A stretch of 36,518 bases of DNA from an uncultured Candidatus Peribacteria bacterium (GCA_964388495.1 CAYMAT010000004.1:4364-40881), one strand, 5' to 3'; counted from the first letter of the stretch, positions 1 through 7,880 are shown. Numbers and translations are program-made. Notes: a model not told the origin generated them from the letters alone.

Positions 1-337
1 AAAGCGATGACGGCGACGGTGGTAACGGTGCCACCCTCACCTATGGTGATACCACCCACGTCTTGACCTTGGATGCCGGTCTTGCCGTGAACAACGATCT
101 CACCATCAATGCGGACAACAGCGATGGCAATGTGACCATGACCTTCGTGGAACCTGATGGGAATGCCTCCCTTACCTACGTCGATTCAGGGGACTACTTC
201 AATTTCAGTCATACCCTTGCCACAAATGGCAACATGATCATCAACACCGATGCCAGCGACGGCGACACCACTCTCACCTTTGAAAGCGATGACGGCGACG
301 GTGGTAACGGTGCCACCCTCACCTATGGTGATACCAC
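1..337 (+). repeat. Perfect 55-bp direct repeat (1-55 and 283-337), period 282 bp (94 codons), inside the fibre gene
   Basis: The sequence aaagcgatgacggcgacggtggtaacggtgccaccctcacctatggtgataccac occurs identically at both positions. Copy 1 is cut by the window edge, so the repeat may be longer and have more copies upstream. Confidence 0.95.
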
Positions 338-3300
338 AAACACGTTTACTTTTGGAGGAGGATTGACCAACAGCGGACCGTTCGGGTCCAACTGGTCGAA
401 CGCGCGTAACCATTTTGTGCAGACTAATACGGGCAATACCGGACAGACGAACGGATGGATTGCCGCCGCGTTTGGCGATAACAGCGGCAATCGCGTGGTT
501 ATCGGCCAGGCGAATGGCGTGGCATACCTTGGCGCACATAATGGCGATCTGACTGGCTGGGCAAATCTTGTCATTGCCAATGGTGGTGGGTATGTGGGTA
601 TTGGCAATGATGATTCTCCGGATTATCCATTGGATGTGGAAGGGAGTGTTGGCATCAATGGTGGGATAGTCTTATACAATGGAAGTTATAATAACTGCAC
701 ATTTCTCACTACTGATAGCTCAGGGTCTGTGGGCTGTGGGACAAGTGTTTCTGCTCATTCTGGTGATGACATTAATCTGTTTGTCGACGGCGGCAACCTC
801 TACGTGAGTACATCGGGGGACACCATGGGTGGGACTCTGAACATTACCTCCGGCACCCTCCAACTTAGTAATGGCTCTTATAATTCTTGCACATCCATCT
901 ACACAGATGCATCTGGCAACTTAACATGTAGTACCGCCGTATACCTTACGAGCATCTCCGGACAGAGCCTTGCGTTGGCCACCAATGATGCTGGTTTCTT
1001 AACATTGATGGATCTCTATGGTGCCAACATTTCCATTTTTAACAACGATTCTGGTTACTACAAATACGGCGACAGCGCCAATTTCAATACACTGACCATC
1101 AGCAGTCTCAATTGTACAGGTAATCTCGATGGTGGTGCCCTCACTACAGATGGCAGCGGCAATGTTTCATGTAGCGACGATGACGGAGTGGGCACGGACC
1201 TTGCGGAAGCCTATCCCACCATTGACCCCACGCTCGGCTCCGGAGAAATTCTGGCTCTTGATCCCGTAAATCCGCTATTTGTGAAACGTGCTACGGGTGC
1301 AGCTGGAGAGCATCTCATTGGTATTTATTCTACAAAGCCATGGAAGGTTCTGGATGATCCTGCCGTTGCCAGCGGCTCTCTGAAAGTGCCGGTAGCCTTG
1401 GCGGGACGCGTTCCTGTGAAAGTCAATCTTGAAGGCGGCAATGTGGTGATTGGCGACCCTCTCACCATTTCGTCGGTACCGGGTGTTGCGCGCAAGGCTT
1501 TGGGTGGCGAGGCGCTCATTGGTTACGCTCTGGAGCCGTTCAATGCAAACTCTGAAGCAAATACCATAGTTGCCTTTGTCACATTGGATGAAAAATCCTC
1601 GGCTCCAGCCATGATGGTGATCAATTCGCCGGTAACAGATGCCAATACGGACGCCTTCACGGTCAAATCCAACGTCAACGGCAGCGGTTCCACGGTCTTC
1701 CGTGTAACAGCCGGCGGTGATGTCTACACGGACGGCGTCTACCACTCCCAGGGCGCTGATTACGCTGAATGGTTCCTGGATAGCAGTCAGCGGTCAGCGG
1801 TCAGTAACAAGCTGCAGCCGGGTGAAGCCGTCTGTATTGATGTCACAAGCGAGAATGCCGTGAAGCGTTGTGAAAACCCGGGCGACCCCAATGTCATGGG
1901 TATCATCAGCAGCAACCCCTCGTTCATCGGTAACGAACTGAAGGGTGCCGAAGGCCTGCCGGTTCCCGGTTACGTGCTCGTGGGTCTCATCGGTCAGGTG
2001 CAGGCAAAGGCAATTGTAGAGACGATGTCAGGACAAGCTCTCCAGATCCGCGCTGGTGATGCACTCACGCCCGCCTCCACTCCCGGTTACGTCCGTAAGG
2101 CTGTAGCTGGCGAGTCCACGGTTGGCGTGGCTCTCCAGTCGCTCAATGGCGGCACAGGCACCATCAACGTGCTCATCTCCCGCAAGAACCAGTCCCTCAC
2201 GGCCGAGGCTGTCAGCGACCGTGTGTTGGAGACGGTGCGCAACCTGAAGATCGAAGACGAGCTCAAGCTCTCGCTCCAGAACGCCATCGACAAGTTCTCG
2301 GCATCGGGAACGCTCATTCAGCCCATCAGCAGCGAGGTTCAGAAGCAGATGGTCACTCTGCAGGCCAGCGTTACGGACCGCCTGAGCGCCCTGGAGGCAC
2401 GCCTCAACGCTCTGTCCGGCTCTCTGCTGCACACTGGAACACCCATTGCACAGAACTCGCTCACGCAGTCCGGCGGAAACATCTTCGCCAATAACCTCTC
2501 GCTTGAGGAAACCCTGGCTGCACGCGATGGACGCTTTGCGGGCGACCTCTACGTGGACGGAACGTTCAATGTGAACGAGCTCTACGTACCCAACGGCATC
2601 AAGGTGGACGGCGGAATCGATGCCGGAAGCCTCACAGCCAATACCCTCAATGTGAAGTCGGATGTCAGCCTTGGCGGCACCCTGACGCTTGCGGGCAGCC
2701 TCAAACTGGGCAGTGGCAGCAGCATCAGCTTCGGTTCTGGCTCCACGTTGGAACTCCACGATCTCCTCGTCCGTGACGCTCTCCACGTGCTGGGTCCCAT
2801 CACTATCGACGGCTTGGCCACCTTCTTGGGAGACGTAGAGGTCCACGGAACGCTCATGGTCAGCGCACGCCAGGCGGGCGAGGTGACCATCCCCAAGACG
2901 GGCACGTCCGTGATCATCACGTTTGATACTCCGCTCACGTCCATCCCCGTGGTGAACGTCAGCCCCCGCACGCGCGTTGGAAGCGAGTGGTGGATTGATC
3001 CGGTCACGGCCACAGGCTTCACCATCAACATCGCCCTGCCTGCAGCTCAGGATATCCGCTTCAGCTGGTCCTACCTGGGCGTCAAATCCCTGACTCTCAC
3101 GGGTGCCACTATCCATGCCCCCGTTCCGGGCCAGAAGGATGCCATTGCCTTCCCGGTGGATCAGTACGGCGTTCCGCTCTCCTCCAACCAGGCGTGGAAC
3201 TCCTGCATCCGCAACCATCCCATGCTCGGTAGCGACGGTCAGCCTGTGAGCTGCGACCGCTACCACGACGGATACACGTGGGAGCACCCCGATCTCCAGA

Positions 3301-3611
3301 TGAGCTTCATCTGGAACACGTCCATGACCCCGCCCCTGCTGCAGATTCCGGATGGTTATGAGATACAGGTGACCGAGGTGTCCGAAGTTCCCGAAGTGAC
3401 CGAAGGGTCTTCGGATTCCAGCTCGTCCGTTTCGTCTGACACAGCGTCTTCCGAATCCTCCAGCTCCGTGAGCAGCGAGGAGGCATCCTCCAGCTCGGAA
3501 TCCTCCGTAAGCTCGGAGTCCAGTTCTGAGGCCGTCAGCGAGTCATCGTCCTCCGCACCGGAAGAAGCCCCGACGGATGTACCCGTCGAGGCTCCGGTAT
3601 CTGCTCAGTAA
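3..3611 (+). CDS. Giant secreted fibre/adhesin-like protein, 5'-truncated by the window edge (phage tail-fibre/appendage-like modules, Ser-rich acidic C-terminal tail)
   Basis: Frame 3 is open from nt 3. The peptide SDDGDGGNGATLTYGDTT precedes the tracked TTG at 63 and recurs at nt 285-338, so the gene starts upstream of the window. Modules seen: 47/94-aa beta-type repeats; three Cys-bracketed loops (NGSYNxCT..TDxSG..C); two copies of a G[TA]D[LY]AE[AW][YF]...GIxSxxP module; a heptad coiled coil (RLSALEARLNALSGSL); a G/L/V-rich beta-helix-like stretch; a possible H-type-lectin-like segment (IPVVNVSPR...ATGFTINI...FSWSYLG); and an 80-aa Ser-rich tail. No LPXTG motif or C-terminal TM anchor is visible. 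Confidence 0.85.
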   Translation, partial: SDDGDGGNGATLTYGDTTHVLTLDAGLAVNNDLTINADNSDGNVTMTFVEPDGNASLTYVDSGDYFNFSHTLATNGNMIINTDASDGDTTLTFESDDGDGGNGATLTYGDTTNTFTFGGGLTNSGPFGSNWSNARNHFVQTNTGNTGQTNGWIAAAFGDNSGNRVVIGQANGVAYLGAHNGDLTGWANLVIANGGGYVGIGNDDSPDYPLDVEGSVGINGGIVLYNGSYNNCTFLTTDSSGSVGCGTSVSAHSGDDINLFVDGGNLYVSTSGDTMGGTLNITSGTLQLSNGSYNSCTSIYTDASGNLTCSTAVYLTSISGQSLALATNDAGFLTLMDLYGANISIFNNDSGYYKYGDSANFNTLTISSLNCTGNLDGGALTTDGSGNVSCSDDDGVGTDLAEAYPTIDPTLGSGEILALDPVNPLFVKRATGAAGEHLIGIYSTKPWKVLDDPAVASGSLKVPVALAGRVPVKVNLEGGNVVIGDPLTISSVPGVARKALGGEALIGYALEPFNANSEANTIVAFVTLDEKSSAPAMMVINSPVTDANTDAFTVKSNVNGSGSTVFRVTAGGDVYTDGVYHSQGADYAEWFLDSSQRSAVSNKLQPGEAVCIDVTSENAVKRCENPGDPNVMGIISSNPSFIGNELKGAEGLPVPGYVLVGLIGQVQAKAIVETMSGQALQIRAGDALTPASTPGYVRKAVAGESTVGVALQSLNGGTGTINVLISRKNQSLTAEAVSDRVLETVRNLKIEDELKLSLQNAIDKFSASGTLIQPISSEVQKQMVTLQASVTDRLSALEARLNALSGSLLHTGTPIAQNSLTQSGGNIFANNLSLEETLAARDGRFAGDLYVDGTFNVNELYVPNGIKVDGGIDAGSLTANTLNVKSDVSLGGTLTLAGSLKLGSGSSISFGSGSTLELHDLLVRDALHVLGPITIDGLATFLGDVEVHGTLMVSARQAGEVTIPKTGTSVIITFDTPLTSIPVVNVSPRTRVGSEWWIDPVTATGFTINIALPAAQDIRFSWSYLGVKSLTLTGATIHAPVPGQKDAIAFPVDQYGVPLSSNQAWNSCIRNHPMLGSDGQPVSCDRYHDGYTWEHPDLQMSFIWNTSMTPPLLQIPDGYEIQVTEVSEVPEVTEGSSDSSSSVSSDTASSESSSSVSSEEASSSSESSVSSESSSEAVSESSSSAPEEAPTDVPVEAPVSAQ
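3369..3608 (+). other. Low-complexity Ser/Glu-rich C-terminal tail of the fibre protein (80 aa, roughly half Ser)
   Basis: Translation: VTEVSEVPEVTEGSSDSSSSVSSDTASSESSSSVSSEEASSSSESSVSSESSSEAVSESSSSAPEEAPTDVPVEAPVSAQ. Ser codons are mixed (tcc/agc/tcg/tct), so this is not a simple DNA microsatellite. Confidence 0.9.
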
Positions 3612-4031
3612 TCAGTACGTGAAGAGCTCCTCCTTCTTGAAGAAGCGAGCGACTTCTTTTTCCGCTGCCTCGGGACTGTCGGACGCGTGGGCGACGTTGA
3701 CCATCTGGTCCACGCCGTATTCCGCGCGCAGGGTGCCCGGGGCTGCCTTGCGGCTGTCGGTGACGCCCAGCATGTCGCGCATCTTGGCAACGATGTCGTC
3801 GCCTTCAATGACCATGGCGATGACGGGGATGGAGGACATGAACGTTTCCACCTCCGGGTAAAACGGCTTTGCGGCAATGTGCGCGTAGTGCTCGCGCAGG
3901 ATTTCCGAGGAAAGACGGATCATTTTGCAGCCGCGGATGCGGAATCCGGCGGACTCAAAACGAGAAATGACTTTGCCGACAAATCCCTTCTGGACGGTGT
4001 CGGGCTTGAGGAGAATGAGGGTGCGTTGCAT
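3612..4031 (-). CDS. ndk: Nucleoside diphosphate kinase
   Basis: 139 aa. N-terminus MQRTLILLKPD, and NVAHASDSPEAAEKE contains the catalytic His (the NxxH[GA]SD motif). Length is typical for NDK. Confidence 0.93.
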   Translation of the reverse strand: MQRTLILLKPDTVQKGFVGKVISRFESAGFRIRGCKMIRLSSEILREHYAHIAAKPFYPEVETFMSSIPVIAMVIEGDDIVAKMRDMLGVTDSRKAAPGTLRAEYGVDQMVNVAHASDSPEAAEKEVARFFKKEELFTY

Positions 4032-4075
4032 GGTCTAATACTAGAGGATAAGAATACTGGTGCGCCAGGGGGGTT

Positions 4076-4103
4076 TTGACGCAAAAATTGCCGTTCCTAA
4101 TGT
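4076..4103 (+). promoter_or_regulatory. Candidate sigma70-type promoter in the ndk/rfbA divergent region (TTGACG-16 nt-TAATGT)
   Basis: TTGACG lies at 4076-4081 and TAATGT at 4098-4103. An alternative -10-like TCTAAT at 4120-4125 lies 6 nt from the ATG at 4132. Confidence 0.35.
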
Positions 4104-4131
4104 CGCCAGAATCGACTATTCTAATGGTCTT

Positions 4132-4914
4132 ATGAAAGGCGTTCTCATTTGCGGCGGCAGCGGTTCGCGCCTGCGCCCCCTCACTGAAATCACCAATAAG
4201 AGCCTGCTGCCGGTCTACGACAAGCCCCTCATCACGTATCCACTCCAGCAGCTACTGGACGCGGGCATCCGGGAGATCATCGTGATCTCCGGCAATGAAC
4301 ACATCGACCAGATGGCCAGCTTCCTGGGCAGCGGTTCGCGTTTTGACTGTCACCTCAGTTACCGTGTGCAAGACAAGCCGCAGGGCATTGCGCAGGCGTT
4401 GGGCATGGCTAAAGAGTTTGCTGCCGGTGACAGTGTGTGCGCCATTTTGGGGGACAACGTGTACTTTGACCGGCTCAGCGATTCCATCCGCAACTTCACT
4501 TCAGGGGGGCATGTGTTTCTCAAAGAAGTCCCGGATGCTCAGCGCTTTGGCGTGGCGGAGCTCAATGCAGAAGGGAGAGTGATATCCATAGAAGAGAAGC
4601 CCCTGCAGCCCAGGAGCAAGTTCGCCATCACCGGATGCTACGTGTATGACGCCCGCTGCTTTGACATCATCACCAACCTTCAGCCGTCCGCACGTGGCGA
4701 ATACGAAATCACCGACGTCAGCCGCTGGTACATGGAGCGGGGCGAGTTGAGCGCTCAGGTACTCCGCGATGAATGGATCGATGCCGGGACCTTCGAAAGC
4801 CTCTACCGCGCCGCGCAGTCCGTCCGTGATCGCCGCGCAAAGAACCTGCTCACGGGCATGGCGGGAATCAGCGCGATCAAGCACGAGGAAGAGGTGGCGC
4901 CACTCGTCTTCTAA
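4132..4914 (+). CDS. rfbA: Glucose-1-phosphate thymidylyltransferase-like sugar nucleotidyltransferase (short form)
   Basis: MKGVLICGGSGSRLRPLTEITNKSLLPVYDKPLI carries the G-G-x-G-x-R-L nucleotidyltransferase signature. GIAQALGMAKEF and ILGDNVYFD resemble RmlA. I prefer the start at ATG 4132 over the tracked 4060, because the N-terminal extension has no family character. Confidence 0.8.
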   Translation: MKGVLICGGSGSRLRPLTEITNKSLLPVYDKPLITYPLQQLLDAGIREIIVISGNEHIDQMASFLGSGSRFDCHLSYRVQDKPQGIAQALGMAKEFAAGDSVCAILGDNVYFDRLSDSIRNFTSGGHVFLKEVPDAQRFGVAELNAEGRVISIEEKPLQPRSKFAITGCYVYDARCFDIITNLQPSARGEYEITDVSRWYMERGELSAQVLRDEWIDAGTFESLYRAAQSVRDRRAKNLLTGMAGISAIKHEEEVAPLVF

Positions 4915-5994
4915 TCAGTGCAGTACCTTCCAGTATTCCTCTGCGTACTGGCTGGCAATGGTGTCCCAATTGAATTGCACCACGGAACGGCTGCCTGCGT
5001 CCGCCAAATTTTGCCGTAACCCCTGATCGCGTAGCAGAAGTGCGATGGCACTGGTTGCGGAGGCGGGATCATCCGGAGGGACCAGTAATCCTGTCCGTTC
5101 ATCATGCACGATGTCCGGAATCCCCCCCACGCGCGTTCCAATCACCGCGCAACTGGCCGCCTGGGCCTCCAGGAAAACGTTGCCCAGGGCCTCGCTTCTG
5201 GATAGCCCACAGAACACTTCCGCTTCCGCGTACTCCCGCAGTAATTCCGGTCCGCGGACGTAGCCCAGAAAAGACACGACGGTATCGATATGCAGTTGTA
5301 TGGCCAGTGCCTCCAGGACTTTTTTCTGCGACCCGTCACCCACTATGTGCAGCCGTGCGTGCTTGGCGTCCGGCGGCAGGGCGGCAAAGGCGCGCAGGAG
5401 CGTATCCACGCCCTTCATCTGTTCCAGCCTGCCCACAAACAGCACGCGGCCGGGAACCTTGCGCATGGATGCCGCGGCGCGCTGCAGCTCGTAGAAGGGG
5501 ATACCGTTACGGATAAGGCGTATGTCGCCCTTGAAAGATTTTTCCGCCTGTTCCGCCAGTATGGAACTGATGGCGGTGACGCCATCCGTGCACTTGAGCA
5601 TACGGCGGCGCAGGAACTGGCTGTTTGTCGTCTGCAGCGTCAGCAGGCGGCGTGCCTTGGGCACCACGGTCTTGCACAGAATCAACGCCGCGCCTGCAAA
5701 GGATTCCAGCACTGCATGGATCATGACGGGCGAAAGCCTGCGTGCCGTGAGCGGCGCCAAAAACGGATACAGCCACTTGTCCAAACGGCATCCCAACCCC
5801 ACGCGTATCACCGGCACCTTCCCTTCCAGCATGGTGCGGCGGGGGAGAGACCACCGGTACTTTCCCGTCACGATCGTCACGTCAAAATCCTTCAACAGTC
5901 TGATGCTGATTTCCTCCGCACATGCCTCCGCGCCACTGCGGAATGGTGTGAGAAAGGCGGAGAGAATGACGATGCTGGGCTTACGTTGTTCCAC
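4915..5994 (-). CDS. Glycosyltransferase, GT-B fold (GT4-like)
   Basis: C-terminal GT-B signature SRSEALGNVFLEAQAASCAVIGTRVGGIPDIVHDERTGLLVPPDD (the E-x7-E region). GTG start at 5994. Confidence 0.85.
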   Translation of the reverse strand: MEQRKPSIVILSAFLTPFRSGAEACAEEISIRLLKDFDVTIVTGKYRWSLPRRTMLEGKVPVIRVGLGCRLDKWLYPFLAPLTARRLSPVMIHAVLESFAGAALILCKTVVPKARRLLTLQTTNSQFLRRRMLKCTDGVTAISSILAEQAEKSFKGDIRLIRNGIPFYELQRAAASMRKVPGRVLFVGRLEQMKGVDTLLRAFAALPPDAKHARLHIVGDGSQKKVLEALAIQLHIDTVVSFLGYVRGPELLREYAEAEVFCGLSRSEALGNVFLEAQAASCAVIGTRVGGIPDIVHDERTGLLVPPDDPASATSAIALLLRDQGLRQNLADAGSRSVVQFNWDTIASQYAEEYWKVLH

Positions 5995-6046
5995 GGAAAA
6001 AACAGAAACAAGCGAACGGTTTCCTGAGAATGTTTCCTATTATCGT

Positions 6047-7171
6047 TTATTGTGCAGCATTTGGCAATTCCTTAAAAAAAGCCGCGAATTTGGCGCCCAC
6101 CACATCCCAACTGAATTCTTTCTCCATACGCTCCCTTGCCGCCACTCCCAGCGCCACGCGTTTGGCAGGATCCTCCATAAGCCTGCGTACGTGTGCCCGC
6201 AGGGCCTCACGGTCTTTTGGGGGAAACAGCAGGCCGGAGATCCCGTTTTGGATCAGGAAGCTGTTGCCCCCCACATCCGTCACGATGCATGCGCAGGAGC
6301 TGGCCATAGCCTCCATGATGGCGTTACTCAGGCCTTCGCTGTGGCTCGGCATCACAAAAATATCGGTTTTACCAAGGATGGCCGGCACGTCTTTACGCAG
6401 TCCTGTAAATACAACGTCATTACGATACTGTTCCACAAGAGGATGGTTTTCTTTGTACCAACCCACCACCTGAATAGTAATGTCCGGGAACATTTTTTTG
6501 AGAGGCACCGCCGCGGCAAGAAAATCATCAACACCTTTTACGGATTCCAGACGACCGATATACGTGACGGTCAATTTGTCCGCCGTCTTTGAGAGATCGG
6601 TTTGCTTTGCGTAGGGACTGGGATCGATTCCCGTGGGAATCACCGTGCTCTTGTGGTCCACATGCAAAAACTTCAGAAGTTTCTCGGGTTGCGGATGGAA
6701 AAAGACGATGCGCTGCGCGCACAGCATGATCAGCCAGCCTGCGGTCCAGGCGTACACGCGTGAAGCCAATCTAAAAAGAAGACTCCTGCCCCACCACGTC
6801 ATGCCTACCAGGGCATCGGTAAGGAGAATGACTTTCTTGCCGGTGACAGCAAGTGCAATGACGCTGAAGGACGACCAAAACAGAATCTTGTTGCAGACGA
6901 TAATATCCGGCTTCTCGTCTTTTATAATCCTTCGCACCATGCCTGTGAATCCGGGTGCTATGCCGTAATTCCAGGGATCCGGCAGGAAGATGTCTTTTTT
7001 TCTGTACAGCGTAAGCGTGGGGGAGACTTCCTCGCGCGATGTCTCCGCGCCCATGCAGGCAACCACCACCTTGTAGCCTATCCTCTGCCACAGGTCGGCC
7101 AGCTTGAAACTGCTCACCATCCAGCGGTGCTCTTCCTTCCAGTACGGGCTGATGAGGAGAATGGTTCTCAT
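6047..7171 (-). CDS. Glycosyltransferase, GT-B fold (GT4-like)
   Basis: MRTILLISPYW at the N-terminus, and SHSEGLSNAIMEAMASSCACIVTDVGGNSFLIQNGISGLLFPPKD. Confidence 0.85.
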   Translation of the reverse strand: MRTILLISPYWKEEHRWMVSSFKLADLWQRIGYKVVVACMGAETSREEVSPTLTLYRKKDIFLPDPWNYGIAPGFTGMVRRIIKDEKPDIIVCNKILFWSSFSVIALAVTGKKVILLTDALVGMTWWGRSLLFRLASRVYAWTAGWLIMLCAQRIVFFHPQPEKLLKFLHVDHKSTVIPTGIDPSPYAKQTDLSKTADKLTVTYIGRLESVKGVDDFLAAAVPLKKMFPDITIQVVGWYKENHPLVEQYRNDVVFTGLRKDVPAILGKTDIFVMPSHSEGLSNAIMEAMASSCACIVTDVGGNSFLIQNGISGLLFPPKDREALRAHVRRLMEDPAKRVALGVAARERMEKEFSWDVVGAKFAAFFKELPNAAQ

Positions 7172-7207
7172 AAGGCAGAATGGCAGGAAGGCAAAATGGC
7201 AGAAGGC
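7172..7207. repeat. Short tandem repeat in the DUF2304/GT4 intergenic leader (16-nt unit x2 plus a partial unit; GGCA every 8 nt)
   Basis: aaggcagaatggcagg (7172-7187), aaggcaaaatggcaga (7188-7203), then a partial aaggcga. In mRNA sense (minus strand) this is a C/U-rich leader, CUGCCAUUUUGCCUUCCUGCCAUUCUGCCUU-AUG. Confidence 0.8.
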
Positions 7208-7215
7208 GAGGGAAA

Positions 7216-7590
7216 TTACCTGTTGCCTTGCTTACCTGCTGCCTTGCTATCTTCGTTTATCCCTCCCTCAGCCAAGGAAATCTCGCGCATCAAGCGCGTG
7301 TGACGCTGTTCCAGCTCCTCCAGGCGGATGACCAGATAAAACACCATGAAGAATAAAATGCCCATGAACGTGACGATGACCGCGTTCTCCTGGTTGGCGA
7401 TACCCGTGGCGGCGGAGAGGTACGAGAGGGCGTTGGGGAAGAGCGCGGCTGCGGCAATCGATCCCCAAAAGACCGTCCAGAAAATCGCTTCCATGGCCGT
7501 CTTCTTCTTCCGCATCACCAAATTCCACGCGTAAACGATGGCGAGCAGGCAGAGGCTGGGGACGACGATCTGGTAGGGGGTAAGGGTCAT
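7216..7590 (-). CDS. DUF2304-like small membrane protein (commonly partnered with polyprenol-phosphate GT2 enzymes)
   Basis: 124 aa from ATG 7590. It has three predicted TM segments and then an amphipathic tail, RLEELEQRHTRLMREISL, the architecture I associate with DUF2304. Its start lies 1 nt past the stop of the upstream small ORF. Confidence 0.6.
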   Translation of the reverse strand: MTLTPYQIVVPSLCLLAIVYAWNLVMRKKKTAMEAIFWTVFWGSIAAAALFPNALSYLSAATGIANQENAVIVTFMGILFFMVFYLVIRLEELEQRHTRLMREISLAEGGINEDSKAAGKQGNR

Positions 7591-7591
7591 T

Positions 7592-7855
7592 TCACAGGTC
7601 AGTGTACCCCAGTGATCGGAAAATAATGCGTGAATTTTCAATGATGTTGGTCAATTCCTGACGATCACTCCCCACAACTTTCAAAGTTACTTTTCGGTTT
7701 TCCTTATCCACTTTTACGGTCACCTTGGGATGAAGTTGCATGGTATCTTCAATAACATCAGGATTTCCTTTTCCATTCGGTAGGCCCATTTGCGCCTGCA
7801 GAGTGTCGTAACTGGAATCTGCTTCAAGATTTTCTACGGTGCTGTTTATACTCAT
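7592..7855 (-). CDS. Hypothetical small soluble protein (87 aa), AT-richer than its surroundings
   Basis: An intact ORF between the GT2 and DUF2304 genes. A -10-like TAATGT (7862-7867 on the minus strand) lies 6 nt upstream of the ATG. I recognise no family. Confidence 0.5.
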   Translation of the reverse strand: MSINSTVENLEADSSYDTLQAQMGLPNGKGNPDVIEDTMQLHPKVTVKVDKENRKVTLKVVGSDRQELTNIIENSRIIFRSLGYTDL

Positions 7856-7880
7856 AAAGCCACATTACGCATTTTTGTCA

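Noticed and set aside
2028-3287. Long antisense ORFs: 2028-3287(-), 8007-9389(+), 11374-12525(-), 17409-18566(-), 21089-22210(-), 23518-24816(-) and 33713-35110(-).
   Set aside because: Each lies opposite a gene with clear family signatures (fibre, GT-C, sufS, pheT, M16, GT4, DegT). Their translations are Arg/Gly/Ala-rich with no motifs. This is the expected stop-codon-poor antisense frame of GC-rich coding DNA.
3-3611. Prophage or tail-fibre gene of an integrated phage.
   Set aside because: Phage-like modules occur only within this single protein. The 33 kb downstream is housekeeping and glycan genes, with no capsid, terminase, integrase or lysis genes. The upstream side is not visible, so this is rejected only provisionally.
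4060-4131. N-terminal extensions of tracked ORFs, for example rfbA from 4060, sufS from 11278, M50 from 14728, M16 from 21068, DUF2304 from 7641 and GT4 from 32250.
   Set aside because: The extensions carry no family-like sequence and run across promoter-like elements or into neighbouring genes. Internal starts give canonical N-termini and typical lengths.
5995-6046. A weak hairpin plus T-tract between the two minus-strand GT4 genes (GGAAAC-9 nt-GTTTCT-G-TTTTTT in mRNA sense) as a terminator or attenuator.
   Set aside because: The stem is only 6 bp including a G-U pair and is AT-rich, and the downstream GT4 has no promoter-like hexamer of its own. The two genes are more likely co-transcribed, so I did not call it as a feature.
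6995-7001. Homopolymer runs (A7/T7) inside glycosyltransferase genes as phase-variation switches, for example at 6995-7001, around 28021 and around 34708.
   Set aside because: Seven-base runs encoding Lys-Lys are short for slipped-strand switching and occur equally in housekeeping genes such as M16 and pheT.
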